Shown here: positions 28,943 to 37,854 of the stretch, in pieces | Layout: every line of letters starts with the position of its first letter | How positions within the stretch are numbered: position 1 is the stretch's first letter | Assembly (NCBI GenBank): GCA_001872995.1 | Contig: MNXO01000053.1 | Location: 1 to 41,425, forward strand | Direction of reading: 5' to 3' | DNA from: Bacteroidetes bacterium CG2_30_32_10 | Lineage (GTDB): Bacteria > Bacteroidota > Bacteroidia > Bacteroidales > CG2-30-32-10 | Length of the DNA stretch: 41,425 bases | The notes under the pieces: model-generated | Seen by the model: the letters and a program-made list of their open reading frames with translations, nothing else | What the model was told of the DNA's origin: nothing | Databases searched by the model: none | Program-made: the position numbers and the translations under genes

Positions 28943-29662
28943 ATGAATGAAACAGATTGGCTCTCCCGAACAGAACTTTTGATTGGTAAAAAATCGCTCG
29001 AAAAATTAAATAAGTCGCACGTATTAGTAGTTGGTTTAGGTGGAGTTGGAGGCATTGCAGCCGAAATGATATGCAGAGCAGGGGTTGGAACAATGACCAT
29101 TGTGGATGGAGACGTTTTTAATACCACCAATCGCAATCGTCAAATAGGTGCATTGGTAAGTACCGAAAACAAAGCCAAAGCCGTGATTGTTGCCGAAAAA
29201 CTAATGGATATTAATCCCAATCTGAAATTAAATATAAAAGATTGTTACCAAAAAGGCGAAGATATGCCTTTGTTGTTAGATGCTCCTTTTGATTTTGTAG
29301 TGGATGCCATTGACACACTTACACCCAAAGTTTATTTGCTTTATCATTGTGTTAAAAAAGAATTGAAAGTGGTCAGTTCTATGGGTTCGGGTGGAAAATT
29401 AAATCCCACGATGATAAAAATTGAAGATATTGCCAAAACCAATCATTGCGATTTTGCTTATGATATTAGAAAGAGGTTGCATAAACTAGATGTATATACG
29501 GGTATTACTGCAGTTTATTCACCAGAACCGGTTTCTAAAGAATCAAAAATAACTATAAATGATGAATTAAATAAGAAATCAAGGGTAGGAACCATTTCCT
29601 ACATGCCCGCAATGTTTGGCTGCTATTGTGCTTATGTGGTAATAAATCAGTTGTCTTTATAA
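28943..29662 (+). CDS. tcdA: tRNA threonylcarbamoyladenosine dehydratase (ThiF/E1-like, TcdA/CsdL)
   Basis: Rossmann motif VLVVGLGGVGG followed by IVDGDVFNTTNRNRQ, with a family-typical 239-aa length. Confidence 0.85.
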   Translation: MNETDWLSRTELLIGKKSLEKLNKSHVLVVGLGGVGGIAAEMICRAGVGTMTIVDGDVFNTTNRNRQIGALVSTENKAKAVIVAEKLMDINPNLKLNIKDCYQKGEDMPLLLDAPFDFVVDAIDTLTPKVYLLYHCVKKELKVVSSMGSGGKLNPTMIKIEDIAKTNHCDFAYDIRKRLHKLDVYTGITAVYSPEPVSKESKITINDELNKKSRVGTISYMPAMFGCYCAYVVINQLSL

Positions 29663-29701
29663 AAACTAAGAGCACTCCCAACTATAGGTTCATCATAAAG
29701 T

Positions 29702-30040
29702 TTATTCTGTTTTGGTGTATGTAATTCCATTTAAAATAAACTCATTGGGCGACTCGATGGTAGGTTCTTTTGAAATTTTGAAGGAAACAATCCCAATACA
29801 CATTTTGTTGTTTCGATATTTAGCAACTCCAGTGGATTTATCGCTACTTACACCAGTTACCATTTGATAAAAAATATTGCTTTTGGCATCAATTTCAATA
29901 TAATAGGAGGTATCTGCTTGAATAGCATTCCATTTTCCTTGAATATTAGGGTTATGCTCTACTATTTTAACGCTTTTGCAACTACTTATTAATAATAAGC
30001 TGGAAAAAACAATGCTGAAAAAATAAAGATTTGTTTTCAT
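29702..30040 (-). CDS. Small lipoprotein of unknown function
   Basis: Met24 of the tracked ORF begins a textbook lipoprotein signal (MKTNLYFFSIVFSSLLLISSCKS), so the start is taken at 30040 rather than 30109. Confidence 0.65.
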   Translation of the reverse strand: MKTNLYFFSIVFSSLLLISSCKSVKIVEHNPNIQGKWNAIQADTSYYIEIDAKSNIFYQMVTGVSSDKSTGVAKYRNNKMCIGIVSFKISKEPTIESPNEFILNGITYTKTE

Positions 30041-30150
30041 AGCCAAAGATTTTATAATTATTATACGCATGTATTTTATAAAAGGTTCGTTTTCTTCCAT
30101 TTCAAACAATAACCTATTAAAAAACCTCTCTTTTTAAATCAGAAAAGAAT

Positions 30151-30483
30151 TTATTTCCTCACAAAATGCTTCATTCCAAAAGGAATTTCAATAGATATTT
30201 CAACCAAACCTTTCAATTCATTATTTTCAAACCAAGGCGATTGATGGATAAGTTTCTTTATTCCATTTTTTTCAATGGTATAAGAATTGCTTTTGCCAGT
30301 TGCTAACAATTCCTTAATTTTAGCTGTTGCTGCTGCGGGATGGCAATCATAAAGGCTTTTTCCAATCAGCGTTTCGCTTCCATCTTTTGAGAAAGTTTTG
30401 CACGATTTTTCATTCATATACAAAATGATACCATTTTTATCGCAAACGGTAATAGCAGAGGGAAATTCATTAAACCAATCCAT
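30151..30483 (-). CDS. Stand-alone PAS-domain protein
   Basis: 110 aa with a PAS-like core (ITVCDKNGIILYMNEKSCKTFSKDG..LIGKSLYDCHP ... ELKGLVEISIEI). No output domain is attached. Confidence 0.7.
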   Translation of the reverse strand: MDWFNEFPSAITVCDKNGIILYMNEKSCKTFSKDGSETLIGKSLYDCHPAAATAKIKELLATGKSNSYTIEKNGIKKLIHQSPWFENNELKGLVEISIEIPFGMKHFVRK

Positions 30484-30496
30484 AGTGTTTTTTTTA

Positions 30497-30504
30497 CAAA
30501 CCTA
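30497..30504 (-). promoter_or_regulatory. Candidate -7 box (TAGGTTTG on the minus strand) for the PAS gene
   Basis: Plus-strand CAAACCTA lies 14 nt upstream of the start at 30483, which would give a very short leader. Confidence 0.35.
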
Positions 30505-30536
30505 ATAAATTTATTAACCATTTTGTTTTTAATCCC

Positions 30537-30544
30537 TAACTTTG
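30537..30544 (+). promoter_or_regulatory. Candidate -7 box (TAACTTTG) for the M49-like lipoprotein gene
   Basis: TAnnTTTG match 40 nt upstream of ATG 30584. Confidence 0.35.
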
Positions 30545-30583
30545 CTTAAAAATTCATTTAACCAATTCAAAATTATTTAAATT

Positions 30584-32251
30584 ATGATTAGAAATACATT
30601 ATTAGTTGTGGCAATCACTTTGTGTTGTGCCATATTGTTTAGTTGTGGTTCTGGCAATAAAAAGAACACTTCACAAAACGACTCCATTAAAAAAGCAGAT
30701 TCCATAATGATTAGTAAAATCAATGGGTTTGCCACTGTAAAATTAACTACCGATTTAAGCAAACTCAGTGAAAAAGAAAAACAAATGTTACCTATTTTGA
30801 TTGACATTGCCCAAATAATGGACGAACTTTTTTGGATGCAAACTTATGGCGATAAAAAAGCCTTGATAGATGAGATTAAAAACGAAAATGAGAAGAAGTT
30901 TGCACTCATCAATTATGGTCCTTGGGAACATCTAAATGGCAACAAATCTTTTATTGCATCTTTTGGCGAAAAACCCTTGGGAGCAAACTATTATCCTGTG
31001 GATATGACCAAAGAAGAATTTGAAAAATTAGATAAAAAAGATAAAAAAAGCTTATACACCGTCATTCGTCGCAATGAAGACAAATCGTTGAAAGTAGTTT
31101 GGTATAGCCAAGAATATAAAGAACAACTAACCAAAGCTTCAGAATTGTTGAAAAAAGCTGCAACATTGGCTGAAGACGCTGGTTTAAAAAAATATTTAAC
31201 CCTTCGTGCTGAAGCTTTATTATCTAACAATTACCAACCCAGCGACTTTGCTTGGATGGAAATGAAAAACAACCATATTGACTTTGTGGTTGGTCCTATC
31301 GAAAATTACGATGATGCCTTGTTCGAATACAAAGCTGCTTTCGAAGCATTTGTTCTTATTAAGGACAAAGAATGGAGCAAAAAGTTAGAAAAATATACTG
31401 CCATGTTGCCAGCATTGCAAAAACAACTGCCTGTTGACCAAAAATACAAGAACGAAAAACCTGGTACTTCTTCCGATTTGGGTGTTTATGATGTAATTTA
31501 CTATGCAGGCGATTGCAACGCTGGAAGCAAAACCATTGCCATCAATTTGCCCAACGATGAACAGGTGCAATTGAAAAAAGGCTCTCGCCGATTACAATTA
31601 AAAAATGCGATGAAAGCTAAATTTGACAACATTTTGATGCCAATAGCTGCTAAATTGATTGACCCATCGCAGCTTAAAAATGTAAAGTTCGATGCTTTTT
31701 TCAATAATGTTATGTTTCACGAAGTAGCACATGGTTTAGGCATTAAAAACACCATCAATGGCAAGGGAACAACCAAAGACGGATTAAAAGAAATCTATTC
31801 AGCTTTTGAAGAAGCAAAAGCTGACATCCTTGGTCTGTTTATGGCTACCAAATTGATTGGAAAAGGAGAAATAAAAGATTTGACGGTTGATGATTGTTAT
31901 ATCACCTTTATGGCAGGCATTTTCCGTTCGGTTCGTTTTGGTGCGGCAAGCTCACATGGCAAAGCAAATATGATGTGTTTCAATTTCTTTGAATCGATGG
32001 GGGCATTCACTCGCAGCAATGAAGAAACCTATAAAGTTGATTTAGAAAAAATTAAAACTGCCGTTGATGCTTGGGGAGCAAAAATATTGGTTTTTCAAGG
32101 CAATGCTGACTACGAAGGTGCTAAAAAGTTTTTAGTTGACAATGCTATTATTAAAGAACAACTTCAAAAAGATTTAGATGCCCTCAAAACAGCTAATATT
32201 CCTGTGGATATTATTTTTGACCAAGGAAAAGAAACACTTGGGTTGAAATAA
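30584..32251 (+). CDS. Lipoprotein zinc metallopeptidase, dipeptidyl-peptidase III (M49)-like family
   Basis: Lipobox (ILFSC). A zinc-site-like FHEVAHGLG is followed ~40 aa later by EEAKADILG, comparable to the two M49-type metal-binding motifs. Confidence 0.7.
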   Translation: MIRNTLLVVAITLCCAILFSCGSGNKKNTSQNDSIKKADSIMISKINGFATVKLTTDLSKLSEKEKQMLPILIDIAQIMDELFWMQTYGDKKALIDEIKNENEKKFALINYGPWEHLNGNKSFIASFGEKPLGANYYPVDMTKEEFEKLDKKDKKSLYTVIRRNEDKSLKVVWYSQEYKEQLTKASELLKKAATLAEDAGLKKYLTLRAEALLSNNYQPSDFAWMEMKNNHIDFVVGPIENYDDALFEYKAAFEAFVLIKDKEWSKKLEKYTAMLPALQKQLPVDQKYKNEKPGTSSDLGVYDVIYYAGDCNAGSKTIAINLPNDEQVQLKKGSRRLQLKNAMKAKFDNILMPIAAKLIDPSQLKNVKFDAFFNNVMFHEVAHGLGIKNTINGKGTTKDGLKEIYSAFEEAKADILGLFMATKLIGKGEIKDLTVDDCYITFMAGIFRSVRFGAASSHGKANMMCFNFFESMGAFTRSNEETYKVDLEKIKTAVDAWGAKILVFQGNADYEGAKKFLVDNAIIKEQLQKDLDALKTANIPVDIIFDQGKETLGLK

Positions 32252-32272
32252 ATCTTCTCAAAATAAAACAAC

Positions 32273-32304
32273 AAAGTCTCTTCTATTTTTGAAGGGACTT
32301 TTTT
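32273..32304 (+). terminator. Rho-independent terminator of the M49-like gene
   Basis: AAAGTCTCTTC-TATTTTT-GAAGGGACTTT (11-bp stem, one U-G pair) running into a T6 tract. Confidence 0.75.
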
Positions 32305-32387
32305 ATTTAAACCCATATTCAGCATTAGAAATGCTAAAACGATTAAGAATTTGTAATTCAATCATTGAAACAAATTCTAAATCGGGA

Positions 32388-32451
32388 TTAACCCCAAATA
32401 ACTCAAATAGTTCGGCTCTTGAGAACCTTCTATTTGAGTTATTTGGGTTAA
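32388..32451. repeat. Near-perfect 22/23-bp inverted repeat (long hairpin or palindromic element)
   Basis: TTAACCCCAAATAACTCAAATAG (32388-32410) pairs with CTATTTGAGTTATTTGGGTTAA (32430-32451). The arms differ only by one extra C, with a 19-nt spacer. Confidence 0.8.
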
Positions 32452-32543
32452 ACATTTGGAAATAAACTTTTTATTTTATAATTTTATACCCACTTTTATT
32501 TAACTAAACCTAAAAAAATGAAAAAAACATTTACTTCTTTGTT

Positions 32544-34031
32544 TTGTTATTTACAATTGGCTTATCAGTTAGTGCACAAAGCTGGAAACCTTTTTATAAA
32601 GGCGATACTGTAAATTTTAAATTCAACAATTCCAATATCGTTTCAAATACGATTTGGGTTGACTCAGCAAAAGTGGTAGGAAGCGATTCTGTTTTTTACC
32701 TTAATCGAGTATTTATTAATTGCGATACATGTTTACATATTCCTGGTTATTTTAATTGCGACACCTGCTTCGCCATAGATAATCAACCACAATTTCTGCA
32801 ACGCACTATCATTAAAAAAGAAAATGGGAGATATTTGTTAAATGATACTTCTAATATTGAAATACGCACAAAAGCACAATTAAATGATAGCTGGATGTTT
32901 GATGCCGCCAATTCTATAAGTGCACAAGTTGTTGAAGTTTCATTGCAAAGTGTATTTGGAGTTAATGATTCTGTTAAAACCATTAAACTATCGAACAATG
33001 ACACTATAAAATTATCTAAAAACCACGGGCTTATTCAATACCCAAACTTATATGGAGTAGGTAATTATTGTATTACTGGTATTGAAAACAGAAACCTTGG
33101 CGAACATGTTCCTGATTTTTGGGATATTTTTGATTTTAATGTGGGGGATGTTTTTCAGTATGTTGGGAGAATTAATGATGACGGTAATTGGCGAATATTT
33201 GAATATGTTAAAAAATACTACATACTTTCCAAAATCAACGCTACCAATAAAATAACATATGATGTTCAATTAATTGAAAATGGAGTTGAATATAGGTTTG
33301 CTCCACCCCCTTATGGATATTGGCATCCATATATTTATAATTATACTACTAATATTGAATTTAATAACCCTCCATTGACACAACCACAATCTGATTTAAT
33401 AATAAATAAATATAATCATGATAAATTTATATCTGATGAATGTTATGAAGAATATTTTTACATTGTAAGAGTAACCGCTGATTCTTTGAATATTTATACA
33501 AAAACAATTGGTAAGCCAAACTTTTCTTTTATGTTTAATGTTGAAAATTCTTATATTCCTTGTTCTATTCCAAATGTTTATTCCTCAATAAATGCAGATA
33601 TTTATTCTGGTGCCACATATGCTGAATATAAAGCAGGTTTAGGCAGAACAGGTCTCTCTTATGGGTGTTTCGAGTTTGCCAAATATGAATTATTACAAGG
33701 CTACATCAAAAATGGCGATACGGTGGGCGTGATAACTTCAGACGGCATACTCCTTCATTTAAATGAAAGCTTTAGTACAGCTCAAAATAATATTACCATT
33801 TACCCCAATCCTTTTTCTGAAAAAACTTCAATTGAAATAAAAGGCAAACAAGTTGATTTTCCTTGCATCTTATCATTATACAACCTCCAAGGTCAGCTAA
33901 TACGAAAAGAAAAAATAAATGATAACACTTTTGTCTTAAACAAAGAGCAGCTTCAAAATGGGATGTATCTTTACGCTAATCGCGATGTAGCGAACAATAT
34001 AGTGGGTAAAGGAAAACTGCTTGTGCAATAA
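32544..34031 (+). CDS. T9SS-sorted secreted protein of unknown function; N-terminus apparently disrupted (ATG at 32518 is 1 nt out of frame)
   Basis: The C-terminal T9SS CTD pattern is present (ITIYPNPFSEKTSIEI ... NGMYLYAN ... GKGKLLVQ). The ORF frame has no ATG near its 5' end, only TTG 32544 within a half signal peptide (LLFTIGLSVSAQ/S). See the finding at 32518-32546. Confidence 0.8.
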   Translation: MLFTIGLSVSAQSWKPFYKGDTVNFKFNNSNIVSNTIWVDSAKVVGSDSVFYLNRVFINCDTCLHIPGYFNCDTCFAIDNQPQFLQRTIIKKENGRYLLNDTSNIEIRTKAQLNDSWMFDAANSISAQVVEVSLQSVFGVNDSVKTIKLSNNDTIKLSKNHGLIQYPNLYGVGNYCITGIENRNLGEHVPDFWDIFDFNVGDVFQYVGRINDDGNWRIFEYVKKYYILSKINATNKITYDVQLIENGVEYRFAPPPYGYWHPYIYNYTTNIEFNNPPLTQPQSDLIINKYNHDKFISDECYEEYFYIVRVTADSLNIYTKTIGKPNFSFMFNVENSYIPCSIPNVYSSINADIYSGATYAEYKAGLGRTGLSYGCFEFAKYELLQGYIKNGDTVGVITSDGILLHLNESFSTAQNNITIYPNPFSEKTSIEIKGKQVDFPCILSLYNLQGQLIRKEKINDNTFVLNKEQLQNGMYLYANRDVANNIVGKGKLLVQ

Positions 34032-34125
34032 AACTAAATAAAAAAAATCGCACATAATTACTTTGCGGTTTTTATAAAATTACATTCTTTCTTCTGGTTC
34101 TTACCCAAATATTAAAGGATTTCAT

Positions 34126-34133
34126 TATTTTTG
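34126..34133 (+). promoter_or_regulatory. Candidate -7 box (TATTTTTG) immediately upstream of mutS2
   Basis: TAnnTTTG match ending 8 nt before ATG 34142. If functional, the mRNA would be nearly leaderless. Confidence 0.3.
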
Positions 34134-34141
34134 CAAAAAGA

Positions 34142-36589
34142 ATGCAAGTGGTTTATCCTTCAAATTTTGAAAATAAAATTGGTTTCGACCAAATTAGACT
34201 GATGCTTAAAGAAGCATGTTTGAGCACGCTTGGTAAAGTGAATGTTGATAATATTCGCTTTTCAGCTAAATTTGATGTGATTAATAAATATATTACCCAA
34301 ACAGAAGAATTTAGGCAATTATGTTTGTTTGAAACCTCTTTTCCTACCAACGATTTTTTTGATTTAACAAGCGACCTCTCCCGAATAGGAATAGAAGGCA
34401 CTTTTATTGAAGTAAAATCGCTTTTCAAATTAAAGAAATCGCTTACCACTATTACCGAAATTACTAATTTCTTTAAGAAAAAAAAAGAAGAAGACAAATA
34501 TGCTTCTTTGGTAGCACTTACCGATAATGTGCAACTCGATAAAACCATTCTTAAAGCCATTGACAAAATTATTGATGAGCGGAGTATCATTAAAGACAAT
34601 GCTTCACCCGAACTTTTACATATTCGTAAAGAATTATTATCAAAACAATCGAGCATTGCGAAGAAGTTGCACGCCATACTTATTACTGCCAAAAAAGATG
34701 GAATTGTTGCCGACGATGTGGACTTAACCATTCGCAATGGAAGAACAGTAATACCCATTTCGTCAGCCTATAAAAGAAGAATTAAAGGATTCATTCACGA
34801 TGAATCGGCTACCGGACAAACTGTTTTTATTGAACCAGAAGCTATTTTCGATATTAATAACGAAATTCGTGAGCTTGAAAATGCCGAAAGAAGAGAAATA
34901 GTTAAAATATTAACCCTTTTCACCGATTTTCTTCGCACCTACTTGTATGAGCTAAAAGAATGCTATATTTATTTAGGTTTAATCGATTTTATTCGTGCTA
35001 AAGCAAAATTTGCCATTAAAATTGAAGCATTTAAACCAGTGCTAAACAATTATCCTATTATAAACTGGCAGAAAGCCAAACATCCACTTTTGTATCTGGC
35101 TCATAAGTTACAAAACAAACAAGTGGAGTCGTTAAATATTTATTTGGACGATGATAATAGAATATTAGTTATTTCGGGTCCCAATGCAGGCGGGAAATCA
35201 GTTTGTTTGAAAACTGTTGGTTTGATTCAATATATGCTACAATGTGGCTTGTTATTGCCAATGTTAGAGTTTTCGGAAGTGGGCATCTTCGATAAATTAT
35301 TTATCGATATTGGAGACCAGCAATCTATTGAAGATGATTTGAGCACTTATAGCTCGCATTTGCTTAATATGAACTATTTTATGGCAAATGCAAATAACAA
35401 AACACTCTTTCTTATTGATGAATTTGGCTCAGGCACCGAACCTCAGCTTGGTGGTGCTATAGCCGAAGTGGTGCTCGAAGAATTGAATGCAAACAATGCT
35501 TATGGAGTAATTACCACACACTATGCCAATCTTAAACTGCTTGCCGACAAAACAAAAGGTGTAATTAATGGAGCGATGTTGTTTGATTCGCAGAAAATGC
35601 AACCTCTTTATAAATTAAGCATTGGCAAACCTGGTAGTTCTTTTGCTTTTGAGATTGCCGATAAAATTGGATTTCAAAAAGATTTATTAAAGAAAGCAGC
35701 TCAAAAAGCTGGGGTGAAAATGCTCAATTATGACAAGCAACTCCAAGATATTGAAGTGCAAAAAAGCGAGTATGAGCTTAAATTGAAAGAAATGAAGCTC
35801 GCTGATGAACTGCTTGCCGAATTGATTGAAAAATATAAACATTTAACCGAAGAAGTAGAAATTAGCAAGAAAATCATTATCAATGAAGCAAAAGTAGAAG
35901 CGAAGCTTTTGCTCGATAATACCAATAAAGTAATTGAACAAACCATTAAAGAAATTAAAGAAAATCAAGCTGAAAAAGGGAAAACCAAACTTCTAAGGCA
36001 AACTATCAAGCAATTTGATGAAAAAATAACTGTTGAAAACAACCTCCCACAACCCTTAAGCAAAAAAGAAAGAAAAGAACAACTTAAAAAAGAGGCGATT
36101 ACTGCTGAACTTAAAATTGAAAAACTAACTACTCCCATTTTAAAAGGAGATTCTGTTAGAATTGTTGGGCAAACTCAGATAGGAGATGTGCAATCTATAA
36201 AAGATAATTTGGTTTCGGTGCTTTTTGGTTGCGTTTCAGTGAAAGTGCCTTTATCCCAGCTCGAAAAAGTGAAAAAACCAAAACAAACTAAAACCACCGC
36301 CTCTTTCAAAAACAATACCCTTAATATCTCCGAAAAGTTTGAACAATTTAAAACCACCCTTGACCTGAGAGGCAAAAAAGCAGAAGAATCAATCAACATT
36401 CTTTCGCAATATATTGACGATGCTTTGCTATTAAACATCCACGAGCTAAACATCATCCATGGCAAAGGTGATGGCATTTTGAGGGTGGTGGTAAGAGATT
36501 TCTTGAAAAACATAAAAGAAATTGCCGAAATAAAAGACGAACATGCCGATAGAGGTGGCGCAGGAGTTACCATTGTTACCTTTAAATAA
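34142..36589 (+). CDS. mutS2: Endonuclease MutS2 (MutS domain V ATPase plus C-terminal Smr domain)
   Basis: Walker A (ISGPNAGGKS), DEFGSGTEP, a long Lys/Glu coiled-coil linker, and a C-terminal Smr domain (LDLRGKKAEES...IIHGKGDGILR). Confidence 0.93.
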   Translation: MQVVYPSNFENKIGFDQIRLMLKEACLSTLGKVNVDNIRFSAKFDVINKYITQTEEFRQLCLFETSFPTNDFFDLTSDLSRIGIEGTFIEVKSLFKLKKSLTTITEITNFFKKKKEEDKYASLVALTDNVQLDKTILKAIDKIIDERSIIKDNASPELLHIRKELLSKQSSIAKKLHAILITAKKDGIVADDVDLTIRNGRTVIPISSAYKRRIKGFIHDESATGQTVFIEPEAIFDINNEIRELENAERREIVKILTLFTDFLRTYLYELKECYIYLGLIDFIRAKAKFAIKIEAFKPVLNNYPIINWQKAKHPLLYLAHKLQNKQVESLNIYLDDDNRILVISGPNAGGKSVCLKTVGLIQYMLQCGLLLPMLEFSEVGIFDKLFIDIGDQQSIEDDLSTYSSHLLNMNYFMANANNKTLFLIDEFGSGTEPQLGGAIAEVVLEELNANNAYGVITTHYANLKLLADKTKGVINGAMLFDSQKMQPLYKLSIGKPGSSFAFEIADKIGFQKDLLKKAAQKAGVKMLNYDKQLQDIEVQKSEYELKLKEMKLADELLAELIEKYKHLTEEVEISKKIIINEAKVEAKLLLDNTNKVIEQTIKEIKENQAEKGKTKLLRQTIKQFDEKITVENNLPQPLSKKERKEQLKKEAITAELKIEKLTTPILKGDSVRIVGQTQIGDVQSIKDNLVSVLFGCVSVKVPLSQLEKVKKPKQTKTTASFKNNTLNISEKFEQFKTTLDLRGKKAEESINILSQYIDDALLLNIHELNIIHGKGDGILRVVVRDFLKNIKEIAEIKDEHADRGGAGVTIVTFK

Positions 36590-36616
36590 GCAAGTCTTTC
36601 ATGCGAATGAGTGGAT

Positions 36617-36813
36617 GGGTAAACAATGATTTAAAAAGGGTAAACAAGTAAACGGGTAAACGAGTTGACAGTAATTTGAAAAGAATAAACGGGTAAACGG
36701 GTGGGCAATAATTTGAAAACACCATAATTGTTCATTGTTCATTGCAAATTGTTCATTGCAAAGCTATTCCACAAAGTTTCGCAAAGTTTTGCACAAAGTT
36801 TCTCAAAGCATTT
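36617..36813. repeat. Composite short tandem-repeat region with three abutting repeat families
   Basis: Block A: GGGTAAAC at 36617, 36638, 36654 and 36691, plus a 37-nt direct repeat (36654-36690 vs 36691-36727, 25 of the first 29 positions identical). Block B: heptamer ATTGNNN x5 (36727-36761). Block C: 11-mer CRCAAAGTTTY-like x4 (36770-36813). Confidence 0.85.
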
Positions 36814-36961
36814 ATATTTGAAAGTATTTAATAACGAGTTGCGTTCACTGATATAATTTCATTTTGAAATTTTAATGAACTGCATCGGCATTAACCATTG
36901 TAATTTATATTTTGGATTAGACCATAATTTAAATACAAATGGTATTATTCAAAAAAACATT

Positions 36962-36969
36962 TACTTTTG
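36962..36969 (+). promoter_or_regulatory. Candidate -7 box (TACTTTTG) for the DUF1003 gene
   Basis: TAnnTTTG match 61 nt upstream of ATG 37030. Confidence 0.35.
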
Positions 36970-37029
36970 AAAAGAAATAATGAAGTTTAAAATAATTAAT
37001 ACTCGTTAAATAATAAATTCCACAAAAAT

Positions 37030-37737
37030 ATGAACACATTCATTAGCGACCTTTCGAAAGATGAATTTCCAATTGCTGATAAAGTATCTGGGAAAGCAAT
37101 AAGACATTCCATTTTAAATGCAATTCAAAAGGAACATCCTGAGTTTACCCCCGAAAACCATTTATCCATTACCGAGCTTAATTATTATGTAGAGAAATAC
37201 ATTTCGGGTTATCTTACCAAACAAATTGGCGATATCACCGAGCTCGAAAAAACAGTATTGAGTTCTTTAACTGACAAATCTACTTTAACTGACAAATTAG
37301 ATGGAGAAGAAAAAGAAGCTATGACTGTTGGACAAAGAATTGCCGATAAAGTTGCTTCATTTGGAGGAAGCTGGAAATTTATCATTTCTTTTGGCGTATT
37401 TCTTTTAATTTGGTTTATGCTAAATATTATTTGGCTTGCCAACAAAGGCTTTGATCCTTACCCATTTATCCTTTTAAATTTAATTTTATCGAGTTTAGCT
37501 GCATTGCAAGCACCCGTTATTATGATGAGTCAGAATCGACAAGAAGAAAAAGACAGGGAAAGAGGGAAAAAGGATTATATGGTGAATCTTAAATCTGAAC
37601 TTGAAATTAGAATGCTTCACGAAAAAATTGATCACCTCATTATGCACCAACAACAAGAACTCCTTGAAATTCAGAAAGTACAAATAGAAATGATGAATGA
37701 TATACTTAAGCGATTAGAAAACAACCAAAATATGTAA
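37030..37737 (+). CDS. DUF1003-family membrane protein
   Basis: Characteristic core FGGSWKFIISFGVFLLIWFMLN ... DPYPFILLNLILSSLAALQAPVIMMSQNRQEEKDR, followed by a coiled-coil tail. Confidence 0.75.
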   Translation: MNTFISDLSKDEFPIADKVSGKAIRHSILNAIQKEHPEFTPENHLSITELNYYVEKYISGYLTKQIGDITELEKTVLSSLTDKSTLTDKLDGEEKEAMTVGQRIADKVASFGGSWKFIISFGVFLLIWFMLNIIWLANKGFDPYPFILLNLILSSLAALQAPVIMMSQNRQEEKDRERGKKDYMVNLKSELEIRMLHEKIDHLIMHQQQELLEIQKVQIEMMNDILKRLENNQNM

Positions 37738-37854
37738 ATTATATTAGGAAACTATTCTGGCATATAGGCTTTAGACCATTAGACAATAAGACCAGTAAAA
37801 TTGGGAATTTTTTTAAGCATTTTAGGCAGTGGTTAGTTACACAAAACATATCGA

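Noticed and set aside
34153-34758. 201-aa antisense ORF inside mutS2. Similar cases are 36175-36573 and 35728-35946 (also in mutS2), 4503-4835 antisense to the cyclase gene, and 22427-22711 antisense to the RRM gene.
   Set aside because: Each lies entirely within a strongly supported gene on the opposite strand. The products are low-complexity Ser/Leu/Phe-rich, as expected from the complement of Lys/Glu-rich AT-biased codons. None has a recognisable domain.
36617-36813. A CRISPR-like array, given the many short direct repeats.
   Set aside because: The units are only 7-11 nt, or a single 37-nt duplication. They abut one another without unique spacers, and there are no cas genes in the window.
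36980-37009. 9-codon uORF (MKFKIINTR) between the candidate -7 box and the DUF1003 start.
   Set aside because: It is too short to support from sequence alone, and such ATG...TAA strings are expected by chance in AT-rich DNA.
36916-37785. The 9-mer TTAGACCAT occurs on both sides of the DUF1003 gene (about 36917 and 37774), which could be a target-site duplication of an inserted cassette.
   Set aside because: The match is a single 9-mer. There are no flanking inverted repeats, no mobility gene and no compositional shift, so chance is the simpler explanation.
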